Positions 1 to 10,147 of a DNA stretch of 64,000 nt are shown in pieces. Position 1 is the stretch's first letter; each line of letters opens with the position of its first letter. The stretch lies in the IMG/VR virus record IMGVR_UViG_3300024496_000011; one strand, 5' to 3'. Below the pieces are notes generated by a model that was not told the DNA's origin, did not search any database, and saw only the letters and a program-made list of their open reading frames with translations. The DNA comes from a virus. A program made the translations under genes and the position numbers.

Positions 1-154
1 CCATCCTATAAAGACTTCCATTCCATACTACATCTGCAACATATCCTTCACCAACTGATTGTTGTTCTGGTTGAGAAGAATTGATGTAAAGATTTCCGTT
101 AAAATCTCCGGAAATATTTACTGATTCTGAGATGAATTGTTGAAATGATTTCAT
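1..154 (-). CDS. Partial (runs off window) prohead core/internal head protein with T4-type capsid-targeting N-terminus
   Basis: Hand translation MKSFQQFISESVNISGDFNGNLYINSSQPEQQSVGEGYVADVVWNGSLYRM...; the N-terminus resembles the T4 internal-protein targeting peptide MKTYQEFIAE; lies downstream of the portal where prohead core genes are expected; not in the ORF track. Confidence 0.65.
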   Translation of the reverse strand, partial: MKSFQQFISESVNISGDFNGNLYINSSQPEQQSVGEGYVADVVWNGSLYRM

Positions 155-312
155 TGTTCCTCTTCTACTTCTCCAGAAAACATTGAAACTGCAACAGAAG
201 GTCGGAAAGAATCTATTTTTTCTGCTGATTTTGTGAATAAAAGTTCTTTAATTTTGTCGCTAATCTGAGAAGGTGATTCGTCAGAGACAATCATATCCAT
301 AAGATCATCCAT
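151..312 (-). CDS. Small acidic prohead core protein (gp67-like position), 53 aa
   Basis: Hand translation MDDLMDMIVSDESPSQISDKIKELLFTKSAEKIDSFRPSVAVSMFSGEVEEEQ; immediately downstream of g20, own ATAAATA promoter at 341-347, ATGA overlap with the next ORF. Confidence 0.7.
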   Translation of the reverse strand: MDDLMDMIVSDESPSQISDKIKELLFTKSAEKIDSFRPSVAVSMFSGEVEEEQ

Positions 313-340
313 TTTTAATAAACTCATAAGTAATCTCTAG

Positions 341-347
341 TATTTAT
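341..347 (-). promoter_or_regulatory. T4-type late promoter ATAAATA
   Basis: tatttat on + strand just upstream of ORF 151-312. Confidence 0.65.
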
Positions 348-2041
348 TAAATTTCTCCACCCTTAGGCATTTCTGCAATTTTACCACTTGCTTCGGTGGC
401 AGCACCTTGAGCATCTAAATTTGGTTCCATCACTGGTTGTCCCAAATTCATTCCTGCAGGTTGTTGTCCAGGTTCTAATGGCATACCTGTCATTGGATCT
501 ATTGGTGCATTTGGATCTGGAATAATACCATCTTTAATTTCTTTTTTCATAATTTTATCCTGCTCAAGAATTTCTTCATCAGTTTGACGAAGAATCTTTC
601 TTCTCAAATAATCTTGAGAAAAATACTTTCCAACATAAGGTTCTGCAATCTGAACCATATTCAATCTTTCATTGAGTAACTCAGCATCCTTGAGTTCAGC
701 AAAGTGATTATCATATAAGAAGTCATATTGAATATGCTCACTCATAATTTCCCAGTCTTCTGGAGTGATAATATTTTTGAGAATCAATTGCGTTCTCAAC
801 ATATCATGGAACATGTATGAGAATCTTTTTCTCAAACGAGCAACAAACTTGCTAAACTTAACTTCATCTCTCAGAATTTCTGATGACCGACCAAGATTAA
901 ATCCACCTTCTCCATCCATTCTTGATGGTGGGACATTTAGTGAACGATAAAGTTTCTTCTTAAAATATTCAATATCTGTAATCTCTCCAAGGTTTTGACC
1001 ACCAGGAAGTGTAGAGATTTCAGTTCCTCTACCACCTTCTCTTCTTGGGAGCCAGAAGTCCTCAAGCATTGCCATGAATTTTTTATCATCGCGAATTTCT
1101 CCGGTGCTTGCATCATATACCAGTTTATTGCGATAACGCATCATAACATCACGAAGATATTGTTCCGCCTTAACCTTTGGTAGATTACCTACATCAATAT
1201 AAAAAATTCTTCTTTCTGGCGCACGAGACAGACGATAAATTACCAGTGAGTCTTCAATCATTCGCAGTTGATTGAGGGACTTGATTGCTTTATGAAGATA
1301 TGAAAGTGTTGATCCCTTATTCCTATCTACAAGACCTGAGGTGCAATATGTGATAGAATCCTTTGACATTTTAATTCCAGTATTTCCACCTAAAGAAGAT
1401 GGATTTGTGGTTGGATATGTCATCTTTGGATTATAGATGAAATATTCCTCAATTTCAGGAAACTCATAATCCATTGGATTATCAGCATTTATATTAGACA
1501 GTCTATATCTGTTGTTATCTTTCTCATTCTTTTTATGTTGTCTCACATAACGCATTTTAATTGCGTCTATGTAACGAAGTTCTTGAATTCCTTCTTGTGG
1601 ATTCTTTAGATCAATTACTTTGTGATAAAATAACCTTCCATCAATATACCAATTCCTATAAATTTCGTGAGATTTTTTATCAAAATCTAAAAGTGATAAA
1701 ATATGTTTGAATTCTTGTCGTATTTTATTCTTAATACCATCACTAGCGTTCAGATTTGAAAGTTCAATTTCTACTGGACTGTCATTTGTATCCGACACTA
1801 TGGCTTCATTTACAATATCTTCAATGGCACTATCACACTCTGGATGAAGTGCCATTTCACGATATCTTTTAATTAAATCAAATTCAGTTCTATAAACACC
1901 TTCAATATCTACATATGAACCAAAAAAACCACTACTCAAGTAGTGGTCTGACCCATCCTCATTATTTGGAGGAACGGGAGAGACCGTACTTGGAGATAGT
2001 GGTTCATTATCCTCAATAGAGAATCCAAATAATTTTGACAT
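347..2041 (-). CDS. g20: Portal vertex protein gp20
   Basis: Motifs YRLSRAPERRIFYIDVGNLPKVKAEQY, EDFWLPRREGGRGTEI(S)TLPGG; position after the tail tube gene. Confidence 0.98.
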   Translation of the reverse strand: MSKLFGFSIEDNEPLSPSTVSPVPPNNEDGSDHYLSSGFFGSYVDIEGVYRTEFDLIKRYREMALHPECDSAIEDIVNEAIVSDTNDSPVEIELSNLNASDGIKNKIRQEFKHILSLLDFDKKSHEIYRNWYIDGRLFYHKVIDLKNPQEGIQELRYIDAIKMRYVRQHKKNEKDNNRYRLSNINADNPMDYEFPEIEEYFIYNPKMTYPTTNPSSLGGNTGIKMSKDSITYCTSGLVDRNKGSTLSYLHKAIKSLNQLRMIEDSLVIYRLSRAPERRIFYIDVGNLPKVKAEQYLRDVMMRYRNKLVYDASTGEIRDDKKFMAMLEDFWLPRREGGRGTEISTLPGGQNLGEITDIEYFKKKLYRSLNVPPSRMDGEGGFNLGRSSEILRDEVKFSKFVARLRKRFSYMFHDMLRTQLILKNIITPEDWEIMSEHIQYDFLYDNHFAELKDAELLNERLNMVQIAEPYVGKYFSQDYLRRKILRQTDEEILEQDKIMKKEIKDGIIPDPNAPIDPMTGMPLEPGQQPAGMNLGQPVMEPNLDAQGAATEASGKIAEMPKGGEI

Positions 2042-2065
2042 GATTTATTGAAATTGGTTTCTGAC

Positions 2066-2072
2066 TATTTAT
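2066..2072 (-). promoter_or_regulatory. Late promoter ATAAATA for g20
   Basis: tatttat at 2066-2072, ~25 bp upstream of the g20 start. Confidence 0.65.
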
Positions 2073-2722
2073 CAGCTAATTTGAACACCAGTTGCATCAT
2101 TTCTAGCTGGACCTTTTCCTGCACTCCAGTATTGAACTTGGAACTCTACAGTATATTCTTCAATTGCATCTGAAGAATCATATGAAAGATCAATTGCAGA
2201 AATTGCAGTTGGGAAAATTCCATCAAATTTGTAAGTTCTTAATGGAGTAACATCAACAGAAGGTTGTGCAGCACCACCATTATTTGTGGTAGAAAATCTT
2301 CCCTTATCATATCCTCTGCCAAGTTGGTGTACAAAGGCATCGGTCATATAGGAACTTGGATTAGTAGCACCGCTATTATTATCAAGTTTGCTGATATTAT
2401 TCATCCACAATTCAAAAGCACTTCTTAATTGGAAATCTTCATCATTGATGATAGTGACTGTCCAAACATCGAAGGTTCTATCACCCGCAACTTTCAAAAT
2501 TCTACCTCTAAAAGGTACATCAATTGAAGCAATATTTGAAGCAGGAAGAGCAGCTGCTTTACATAGAAACTTAAATGTTTCTATTTGATTGCTACTACCA
2601 GTTTTCCAAAAATTTGTTAATGGAGCTGGGAAAGATGGTATTTCAACTTCAAATAGATTAGGTCTTGCGCCACCTCCAGCAAGTCTTTCTTTAAAACCTG
2701 TGATTGTTCTGAGAGTAGACAT
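2072..2722 (-). CDS. g19: Tail tube protein gp19
   Basis: GGARPNLFEV, VPFRGRILKVAGDRTFDVWTVTIINDEDF, IEEYTVEFQVQYW motifs; synteny. Confidence 0.97.
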   Translation of the reverse strand: MSTLRTITGFKERLAGGGARPNLFEVEIPSFPAPLTNFWKTGSSNQIETFKFLCKAAALPASNIASIDVPFRGRILKVAGDRTFDVWTVTIINDEDFQLRSAFELWMNNISKLDNNSGATNPSSYMTDAFVHQLGRGYDKGRFSTTNNGGAAQPSVDVTPLRTYKFDGIFPTAISAIDLSYDSSDAIEEYTVEFQVQYWSAGKGPARNDATGVQIS

Positions 2723-2756
2723 TTTTTAGTTCCTCCTTTTGATTAATTTAAATTAA

Positions 2757-4940
2757 TTAAACTCTACCAGCAACTTCTTCAAAACTTACGCCTGTGCGCG
2801 TCGCTACAAATGTTAGAGTAACATAGTTAATTGATTTTGATGGTTTGAGGAAGATGTCTGCCCTAAACTCATTGTTGTCAATGACATCTGGAGTGTTGTT
2901 TGTTTCGTCGCAAATCACTAAGAAGTCGTAAATACCTCTCTTTGCTTGTACATCGCGAAGATATGGTTCAACAATATTTACAAAGTTTGCCCTTGTAACT
3001 TGATCGTTGATTTCAAATAGTTGTGCTTGAGAAGCTTTTTCTAGAGATTGTTCAATGGTTAGGAACAATCTTCTAACATTAATTCTATCAAATGCTGAGG
3101 CATATGCTAGAGCAGTTTTATCGCCAAAGAGGTAAATGCCGATACCAGGTTGACTGATAATTGAGTTAACTCTGGAAGTGTAAAGCAGATCTCTTTGTGG
3201 TTTATTTGGATTATATGCAAGTTTAATTGCATTATTTAATACACCTCTTTGCTGACCAGCTGGTGAATACCATGGGAAGGAATTGATATTCGTTCTCATC
3301 ATTAGACCAGCAATGTCTGCATTGCATGGTACATATCGGAAAAGGTTATTAAACCTATCATAAGTGTACTTATATCCACTATCAAATACTGCATAAGATG
3401 AAGAGGAAAGTGCGCTGAAGAATCTAACTATGTTTGTTGTTTGTGTAGTAGTATTTGATAAATTAACTACGCCATCTCTGTGAGGAGAAATTACAGCAAT
3501 ACAATCTTTTCTACCTTCAGCAATTGATATTAACTTATTAGCTTTTGCTTGAGACTCGGATTCATTTGTAAGTCCAGGACCGTTGATCAGAAAATCAACC
3601 TGAACATCATCTTTGTTGGCAAAAAGATCATATGCAGTAGAAATATTTGATAAAGTCGCTTGCATACCACCAGTAGAAGAATAATCAACACCACCAACAA
3701 GAGTGTAGGTTACATTTCCAATTGCACTATAAACTATGTTTTGTGCATCTTGTCCCCAAAGACCTTGTGATGTTGTATATGGGGTGTAACCCGAAGAGAA
3801 TCCAGTTGCTTTTGGAGAGGTTCCATGATAAGAATCCGCACCATTAGATGGATTATATCCAGCATAAATGTAGGATGAGAAATTTGATAAGAAATTTTTA
3901 TACCAAATTTTCTGGGGGGAGTTTACGGAAGATACCGAATCTGCCGCTTTTGAAAGACTTAAATGCTTTTCAAGAACATTTCCCTGAACTCCAGTAATTG
4001 CGCCAGTATCATCAACGATTGCGATATGCATCGCATCATTCTTACCATTTCTCTGAATTGAATAATTATTTGAAATTGGCTTTGGAGCTATGGACTTCCA
4101 GTAAATTATAGAGTTTGTTAAACCAAGAGTTTGCTGATCATACCAATCTAATGCAGTAGCAACTGTAGATGTACCAGCAGTGGAACCTGAATTATTGACA
4201 AAAGTGAGAGTGTCTGATGCTTGGAAAGAATCTATTTCACTTCCTTGAGCATATGTTGTTGCAGTCTCCGTATTAGCGGCGGATACTCTGGATAGAATCT
4301 TTACATCTATACTACTGTTACCATTTGTTGCATCAGTAGTTACTCCAGTAATAATACCTTTTAAGTAACCATTAAATACGGATGTTGAACCTGCTCCAGC
4401 AAGAACTGCATTGCTAATTGGGGTTGTTATACCATATCCAACAATTGCTCCAATTGAACCTGGATTAGTTGATGCAATGGTAATTCTCTGATCTGCTAGA
4501 TCGTCAATTAAACAAACTTTTAATTTGTTTCCCCATGATCCTGGGTTTTTTGCGGAAAATGTGAAATTTGTTGCTGTTGCCCAGTTAGCATTATAATCTT
4601 CATAATTTTTAATCTTTGCCGAAGAAGTAGAAGCTGCGCCAACTCCAGCATTTGCATTATTTAAAGTAGCACCATCTGTTCTCACAACTTTCAAGATACC
4701 ACCGTATGAAAGATAAGATGAAGCACTCATCCAATATTCATATTGAGCATCAGTTGAAATTGGTTTGCCGAAAGTACTAATTAACTCCTGTTCGGTATTA
4801 ATATCAATTGCTTGCTCAACTGGTCCGATTGCAAAGGGTCCAGCAATTGCACCAATATTATCTAATACATTTTCAGCTCTCCCGACTGTTAAATCAACTT
4901 CCCTAGTAATTACACCGGGAGACAATTGAGGAGTCGCCAT
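2757..4940 (-). CDS. g18: Tail sheath protein gp18
   Basis: SPGVITREVDLT N-terminus; C-terminal SAFDRINVRRLF, CDETNNTPDVIDNNEFRADIFLKP, FVATRTGVSFEE. Confidence 0.98.
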   Translation of the reverse strand: MATPQLSPGVITREVDLTVGRAENVLDNIGAIAGPFAIGPVEQAIDINTEQELISTFGKPISTDAQYEYWMSASSYLSYGGILKVVRTDGATLNNANAGVGAASTSSAKIKNYEDYNANWATATNFTFSAKNPGSWGNKLKVCLIDDLADQRITIASTNPGSIGAIVGYGITTPISNAVLAGAGSTSVFNGYLKGIITGVTTDATNGNSSIDVKILSRVSAANTETATTYAQGSEIDSFQASDTLTFVNNSGSTAGTSTVATALDWYDQQTLGLTNSIIYWKSIAPKPISNNYSIQRNGKNDAMHIAIVDDTGAITGVQGNVLEKHLSLSKAADSVSSVNSPQKIWYKNFLSNFSSYIYAGYNPSNGADSYHGTSPKATGFSSGYTPYTTSQGLWGQDAQNIVYSAIGNVTYTLVGGVDYSSTGGMQATLSNISTAYDLFANKDDVQVDFLINGPGLTNESESQAKANKLISIAEGRKDCIAVISPHRDGVVNLSNTTTQTTNIVRFFSALSSSSYAVFDSGYKYTYDRFNNLFRYVPCNADIAGLMMRTNINSFPWYSPAGQQRGVLNNAIKLAYNPNKPQRDLLYTSRVNSIISQPGIGIYLFGDKTALAYASAFDRINVRRLFLTIEQSLEKASQAQLFEINDQVTRANFVNIVEPYLRDVQAKRGIYDFLVICDETNNTPDVIDNNEFRADIFLKPSKSINYVTLTFVATRTGVSFEEVAGRV

Positions 4941-4973
4941 GTTTTTCTCCGTAATCTCAGTTTATCTAAAAAA

Positions 4974-4980
4974 TATTTAT
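4974..4980 (-). promoter_or_regulatory. Late promoter ATAAATA for g18
   Basis: tatttat in the g17-g18 intergenic gap. Confidence 0.65.
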
Positions 4981-4992
4981 TAAAAAATTGAT

Positions 4993-6639
4993 TTACATAT
5001 ACTCCCACATGTAAGATCTATCCCCATATTCATCTACGAACCATCGATCGCCATCCGAGTCAACAAAACTTTCATTATCTAGACCATCAGATATAAACCC
5101 AAAAGGCGACATATCCTGTTCAATTTGATTTTTTTGTTCTTCATATAGTCTTTTTCTTACATCTTGATCCGTAAGTTCTTTAAAATAGTCTTGAGCAACC
5201 AACCAGGCATAAATGACCAAACACATTGCAAGGTCATCATTGCATCCTTCTTCTGCTTCAAATGAATTATGTTTTTGAATAAAAGTGGTTAGCTCACTAA
5301 TTATTTCATAGTCATTTAAATATAATTTATTTTCTTCAATCATAGTCTTTAAATTAAGACATCCAACTTTTTTTACAGTTTTAGACATCTTAACGCCTAG
5401 TTGAGTTTTCTTTCCAGAAAAACCTTGCCCTACAATTTGACCCGCTCTACCTCTCATAGAGCACATAAGCAAATTATTATATTCTAAATCGTATTGAAGA
5501 ATACTTGCAACTTGATCTCCAACATCATTTACTTCACATAAAATATATGCACTATTATATGCCACTGCTGTTTCCTGAATGATGCTTGGGAAGAGCATTG
5601 GTTTTATTTCATTGTTTCTATATTTTGCAACAACTTTATGTGGAAATTGTGTTATATCAACTACGGTGAAGGCAGAATAATCATTTCCAACACCTCTAGC
5701 AACATCAACAGTAATTAAATAATCATGATTTTCTTCTGGATCAACATAAACATCCAACCCAGCACTACGTGTTTTGGGATGATCATAAACTAAAGATCTC
5801 AGTTTGCTTGGTGCAATAAGAGTATCAACAGACCCTAAAAATTCACATTCAAACTCAACTTTGAATTGTTGTTCACTTGTATTTGCAATAGTCTGGGCTT
5901 TCCATGCTTCGTCTCTACCTGGAACTTCCGACCAATGAACATCAGTGAAAACATATTCATTTTTACCTTTCTCTGCATCGTGCCACATTCGGTAGAAATG
6001 ATTCATACCATGTGGAGTAGAAACTATAATAACTTTAGTTTGTTTACCAGAAGTAATTGTTGGATATACCGAGGCAAAGAATGAGTCTGCAATATGATTT
6101 GGAACGAACGCAAATTCGTCCAAGAATAGAATGTTAAATGACATTCCTCGAACAGCAGAAGCTGATGTAGATGCTGCTAAAATCTTGGAACCATTCTCAA
6201 GTTCTAGAGAACCTTTATTCCAAGATATAATTCCTTGCTGCATCCACTTGGGTAAGTTTTCATAAGCGGTCTGTAACCTATCTAGGAGCTCCCTGGCAGT
6301 CGCTGCTTTGTTTGCAAGGATACCTATGTTAACATTGTCGTTAAACACCGCATAGTGGAGCAGGAAAGACACTACGGTAGTTGACTTACCTGTTTGCCTA
6401 GGCATCTTACAGATATTAAATCTGTGGTTATGGAAATTATTAATTAATTTCTCTTGGAAGTGATATGGTTTAAAAGTTTGTAAACCATGATCCAAGGTCA
6501 CAATTTTTACATAATTATTTGCAAAATAAACTGGGTCATCCTTACACTTAACAAATTCAAGAATTTGTTCTTGGGTAAATTCAATTGGCGTATTTGCTTT
6601 TTTTAGAAGCGGATTACCAAGATAAACATCATTTGACAT
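4993..6639 (-). CDS. g17: Terminase large subunit gp17
   Basis: Walker A PRQTGKST, Walker B ILFLDEFAF, motif III STPHG, nuclease DVARG...DYS and NDDL; no intein-sized insertion. Confidence 0.98.
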   Translation of the reverse strand: MSNDVYLGNPLLKKANTPIEFTQEQILEFVKCKDDPVYFANNYVKIVTLDHGLQTFKPYHFQEKLINNFHNHRFNICKMPRQTGKSTTVVSFLLHYAVFNDNVNIGILANKAATARELLDRLQTAYENLPKWMQQGIISWNKGSLELENGSKILAASTSASAVRGMSFNILFLDEFAFVPNHIADSFFASVYPTITSGKQTKVIIVSTPHGMNHFYRMWHDAEKGKNEYVFTDVHWSEVPGRDEAWKAQTIANTSEQQFKVEFECEFLGSVDTLIAPSKLRSLVYDHPKTRSAGLDVYVDPEENHDYLITVDVARGVGNDYSAFTVVDITQFPHKVVAKYRNNEIKPMLFPSIIQETAVAYNSAYILCEVNDVGDQVASILQYDLEYNNLLMCSMRGRAGQIVGQGFSGKKTQLGVKMSKTVKKVGCLNLKTMIEENKLYLNDYEIISELTTFIQKHNSFEAEEGCNDDLAMCLVIYAWLVAQDYFKELTDQDVRKRLYEEQKNQIEQDMSPFGFISDGLDNESFVDSDGDRWFVDEYGDRSYMWEYM

Positions 6640-6654
6640 AATAAACTCTACTTA

Positions 6655-8643
6655 TTAGTTACAATTCCAACGACGAAGTGCTTTATTGATCCTTGAATCT
6701 GGATCCCTTGCGGTTTCTGCTGAGGTTAATCTTTTTTTCATTCCAGACATACGACTGCAAAAATTTTTTCTCCTCTGCGCTCTTTTTCCTGTTGGATTTT
6801 TTTCAGTTACTGCAGTTTGAAGTTTTGAACCTGGATTCTCACGACGATAAGCATTTACTGCTTTTTGACTAAGACCATCAGTTTTATCTTTACGATTTAC
6901 TGATTGCCAATCTTCATCAATTTCAACTTCTTCTCCCATAGTTTTTACATAATTTTTACTTGGACCTGGTTTTGCTGCACTGCCTCCCTGAGGTCCAAAT
7001 GCTTGAATTAATGGTTGTCCTGGTTGAATCTCGGAAACTGAATGGTAAACAACCATTGATCCCGGATAAACTTTTTGAAGTTCGCTATTAATTTCTTTTC
7101 TTGAAGGAATTTTTACCTGGGGGAAAAACATCTTCATTGCATAATATTTACCTCTCCAAGAAAGAGTGACTGCAATCACATTGCCAGTTTGCGCCTGAAG
7201 TCTTGTTGCTTCATCTATTTCTATTTGAGTCTTAAAACCTTTAATTGGTTCTGGTTGAATTAAATCAACAACTTCCGCAAAAGTATTCCCTTCAGCATCC
7301 TCTATGGTTACATCTTCCGCCTTTACGCAGTTTGGATAACGCTTTCCAAACATTGTTTTCATACCTTTCTTTTTATAACCAGGCCAACATTTTTCTACCA
7401 CAAATTCATTTGTAATTTTATCAACTAAGGTTTGTTCTTTAATTTTTGGAAGTTCTGGAGTTGGACCCAATTTTTTAGAAGCAACTTCCTTTTCTCCTCC
7501 AACACCGCTTTTTGCTAAAGACCTTATTTTTTCTCTTTTTCTTGCAGTTTTATGTGATGACGGATCAATGGTAAATCCAAAAGATTCTTCCATTTCTCCA
7601 CTTGCAACATAATCTGCTGCAGTATCAATATAATCTGCTGCTTTGGTAATCTTTGATTGAACCCATGCTTCTAAAGATCCTTCACCTTTACCTACCTTCT
7701 TTTCAAGTCTTTTAGCAGCATCAATAATATTTTTAAGTTCAGATCTAGCCATTGAATATTCTTGATCTTTTACAGAAACCTTATCCCATGCTTTTTCGCC
7801 ATAAGAACATTCAGATCTTGTTTCTCTTTTATCACATAAAGGACAATATCTTTCTTCTTCATGTGCAGTTTCTTCTGATTTAGTCCCCCAATTTGCAGCA
7901 CCAACTTTACGGCATTTTACTAATGCTCCAGATGCATATGCACTAGGCCAAACATCATATCTAGATTTTACTTTATGATAACAAGCGTCCTTTTTTCCAC
8001 TACCTTTTCCTTTTTTATCAGATTCTTCATTCATTTTTTTCTTCCTTCCTTGACAATGAGCTCTCTGAGAAAATCCTTTAGGGTTGTCACAATCTATAGA
8101 TTTTTTATATTTATCGGACCAATCTTCTTTAACAGATTTTTCTGGTTTATCTGTAGAAACATATGTTGGTTTTGCAGCTCCTGTTTTTTGCTGCTGACCT
8201 GGATCTGCTGCTTTTTTTCTTCTTGCTGCAGAAAGTCTTTGTGCTTTAGTCATACTTGCTCTTTTTGATGAAGAAACACATTTTGGTGTTCCCTCACCTG
8301 GTTCATCGCTTGCACAAGTTCCACCAGTTACAACATTTACCCATCCAGATTTTCCATCCTTTGATTTGGATTTGCCAAACCAATCGCGAAGACCTTCTTC
8401 AGTAACATCTTTAAATTTTTTGTGGTGCTTTTTAGCATCTGCTTCCATTTTTTTCAAACGAGTATAATAATCTGGAATTTCGTCGAGATGTTGTAAAGCA
8501 ATATCACGGGCAAGATCGTGGTCTTTAGTATGCTCATGCTCAATTGGTTCTCCCATATCAAGTTGTCTTTGTATAAAAGAAACATCAAGACGATGTTTCT
8601 TTGCAATTTGCTCAACTGTTTTATGGGACTTAAATTTAGACAT
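6655..8643 (-). CDS. Multi-module basic hypothetical protein between g16 and g17 (probable head-internal polyprotein)
   Basis: 662-aa ORF made of short, often Cys-containing basic modules (EHEH..D..LA..IALQHL.E.PDYY; ACYHKVKSRY.VWPSAYASGALVKCRK; KCWPGY; RRK.FC.RM..INKALRRWNC) joined by Glu-rich linkers; late promoter at 8663-8669. Confidence 0.85.
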   Translation of the reverse strand: MSKFKSHKTVEQIAKKHRLDVSFIQRQLDMGEPIEHEHTKDHDLARDIALQHLDEIPDYYTRLKKMEADAKKHHKKFKDVTEEGLRDWFGKSKSKDGKSGWVNVVTGGTCASDEPGEGTPKCVSSSKRASMTKAQRLSAARRKKAADPGQQQKTGAAKPTYVSTDKPEKSVKEDWSDKYKKSIDCDNPKGFSQRAHCQGRKKKMNEESDKKGKGSGKKDACYHKVKSRYDVWPSAYASGALVKCRKVGAANWGTKSEETAHEEERYCPLCDKRETRSECSYGEKAWDKVSVKDQEYSMARSELKNIIDAAKRLEKKVGKGEGSLEAWVQSKITKAADYIDTAADYVASGEMEESFGFTIDPSSHKTARKREKIRSLAKSGVGGEKEVASKKLGPTPELPKIKEQTLVDKITNEFVVEKCWPGYKKKGMKTMFGKRYPNCVKAEDVTIEDAEGNTFAEVVDLIQPEPIKGFKTQIEIDEATRLQAQTGNVIAVTLSWRGKYYAMKMFFPQVKIPSRKEINSELQKVYPGSMVVYHSVSEIQPGQPLIQAFGPQGGSAAKPGPSKNYVKTMGEEVEIDEDWQSVNRKDKTDGLSQKAVNAYRRENPGSKLQTAVTEKNPTGKRAQRRKNFCSRMSGMKKRLTSAETARDPDSRINKALRRWNCN

Positions 8644-8662
8644 CGACCGATAGTATTTTTTC

Positions 8663-8669
8663 TATTTAT
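8663..8669 (-). promoter_or_regulatory. Late promoter ATAAATA
   Basis: tatttat 20 bp upstream of ORF 6655-8643. Confidence 0.65.
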
Positions 8670-9100
8670 TGGTCTAGAGACCCTTCAGAACTTTGTTGTT
8701 TTAATAACTTTGCTAATTCTGCAGTAGAACCGACAAAAAGTGCATTATTTACTGTAGTTGGACCTTTTGGTTTGTCTTCTTCAATATCTTTTATCTTCTT
8801 TTGCAAGTCCATTAATTTGTCTGTTGCATCAGCAACATTTTTAATTAACTGTCCCGCAACTTCATATGCTCTAGGCATTTCACTTTCTTGAGCTAATTCT
8901 AAAATACCATTAATTGCTTCTTGACCTTTCTCAATCAATGAATACAAGTTACCTCTAGTGTATTCATAATCTTTTTTTATGTCGTTATTTGCATTATTAA
9001 TGGTTTCTATTTTTTCTTCAACTACTTCTGGATTTTTTACTATCTCAGTAGAAACATTAAAAGTTTCATTTAAGTCTTTAAATTTTTTTGTCATTTTCAT
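8666..9100 (-). CDS. g16: Terminase small subunit gp16
   Basis: DYEYTRGNLYSLIEKGQEAI, PRAYEVAGQLIK, NNALFVGST motifs; between g15 and g17. Confidence 0.93.
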   Translation of the reverse strand: MKMTKKFKDLNETFNVSTEIVKNPEVVEEKIETINNANNDIKKDYEYTRGNLYSLIEKGQEAINGILELAQESEMPRAYEVAGQLIKNVADATDKLMDLQKKIKDIEEDKPKGPTTVNNALFVGSTAELAKLLKQQSSEGSLDQ

Positions 9101-10098
9101 GATATTGTACCACTAAATCCAAAATCATCTCCCACTTGTATTAGAGCGTCATCAGCATCTGTTATCTTTTTAACTGGAGAACCTAAAACATGAGCAGATG
9201 CAACAGTTTTATCAGCACCTCTTACAACGGTTAAAACATTACCAGTTTTTGATTTCACTAACATTTCTTCCTCATCAATGTAGATGTAAGTATTACTACT
9301 AATATTTGATGAGTCATTAACCGAAATTGATGTATCTGTTGCGGATACATCAACAGATAAATTAGTAGTTATTTGGCCAGTATAATTTTTAGTTGCTCTA
9401 GGTTCAACACTGTAAACAATTTCTCTTGTTGGAGTTTTTGTAGTATCTCCAGAAATAAGTCCAATAGAAACTCTTCTGATAACATCCGAAGAAGCAGAAG
9501 AAATAGGACCAAAAAGATATGTTTTTGCAGTAAATCTCAAAGTATAAATTAATGATCTTCTAGTAGAAAAGTCACCCTCATAATCATCGGACATTGAAAT
9601 ACTATTCAATACAACGGGAATATCTCTTTTTTCCCCAATTTGTTCTACTAAGTCAATTGTCATCGTATAAGCTGGTTGAAAATATGGTAAAATTTGCTCA
9701 ATAATTTGAAGCATATCATCATTCAACTTAGTGAATATACTAACTTCAAAATCTAAATTATATGGAACTGGTAAATATGACTTTTTTTGTTGGGTTTTAT
9801 CGGTTACTGAAGTTGTTAAAAATGTTTGAGTAGTTGTCGCTTTTCTTGATGAATCGTATGACAATCCAACCAATTCAAATGACATTCTAGGTAAACTTAT
9901 TTGAATTGGTTTATTGAGGTCTGGTGATTGCTCAATTCTTGCTAAAAATTTCTGTGTTGGTCCATATGCCAAAGGAACTTTAATAACACTAACCGTGTTA
10001 TCATTGTTATTTGTGTGTTTGATAGAAATATTGTTAAAAAGAGACCCAAAGGAAACTACAGTTCTTCTTAATATTTCGTGATAAAAATACTCAAACAT
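9097..10098 (-). CDS. g15: Tail terminator / proximal tail sheath stabiliser gp15 with C-terminal extension
   Basis: FGSLFNNI, VPLAYGP.QKFLARI, LPRMSFE, QIIEQILPYFQP motifs. Confidence 0.95.
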   Translation of the reverse strand: MFEYFYHEILRRTVVSFGSLFNNISIKHTNNNDNTVSVIKVPLAYGPTQKFLARIEQSPDLNKPIQISLPRMSFELVGLSYDSSRKATTTQTFLTTSVTDKTQQKKSYLPVPYNLDFEVSIFTKLNDDMLQIIEQILPYFQPAYTMTIDLVEQIGEKRDIPVVLNSISMSDDYEGDFSTRRSLIYTLRFTAKTYLFGPISSASSDVIRRVSIGLISGDTTKTPTREIVYSVEPRATKNYTGQITTNLSVDVSATDTSISVNDSSNISSNTYIYIDEEEMLVKSKTGNVLTVVRGADKTVASAHVLGSPVKKITDADDALIQVGDDFGFSGTIS

Positions 10099-10147
10099 TT
10101 TAAAAAAATCTATTTGGTAAATTCAATTTAGATATGAATTTAATTAT

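Noticed and set aside
4993-6639. Intein or intron in terminase (also checked portal and helicase)
   Set aside because: Lengths are normal, motifs are contiguous, and there are no intein (C...HN-C/S/T) or LAGLIDADG/HNH insertions
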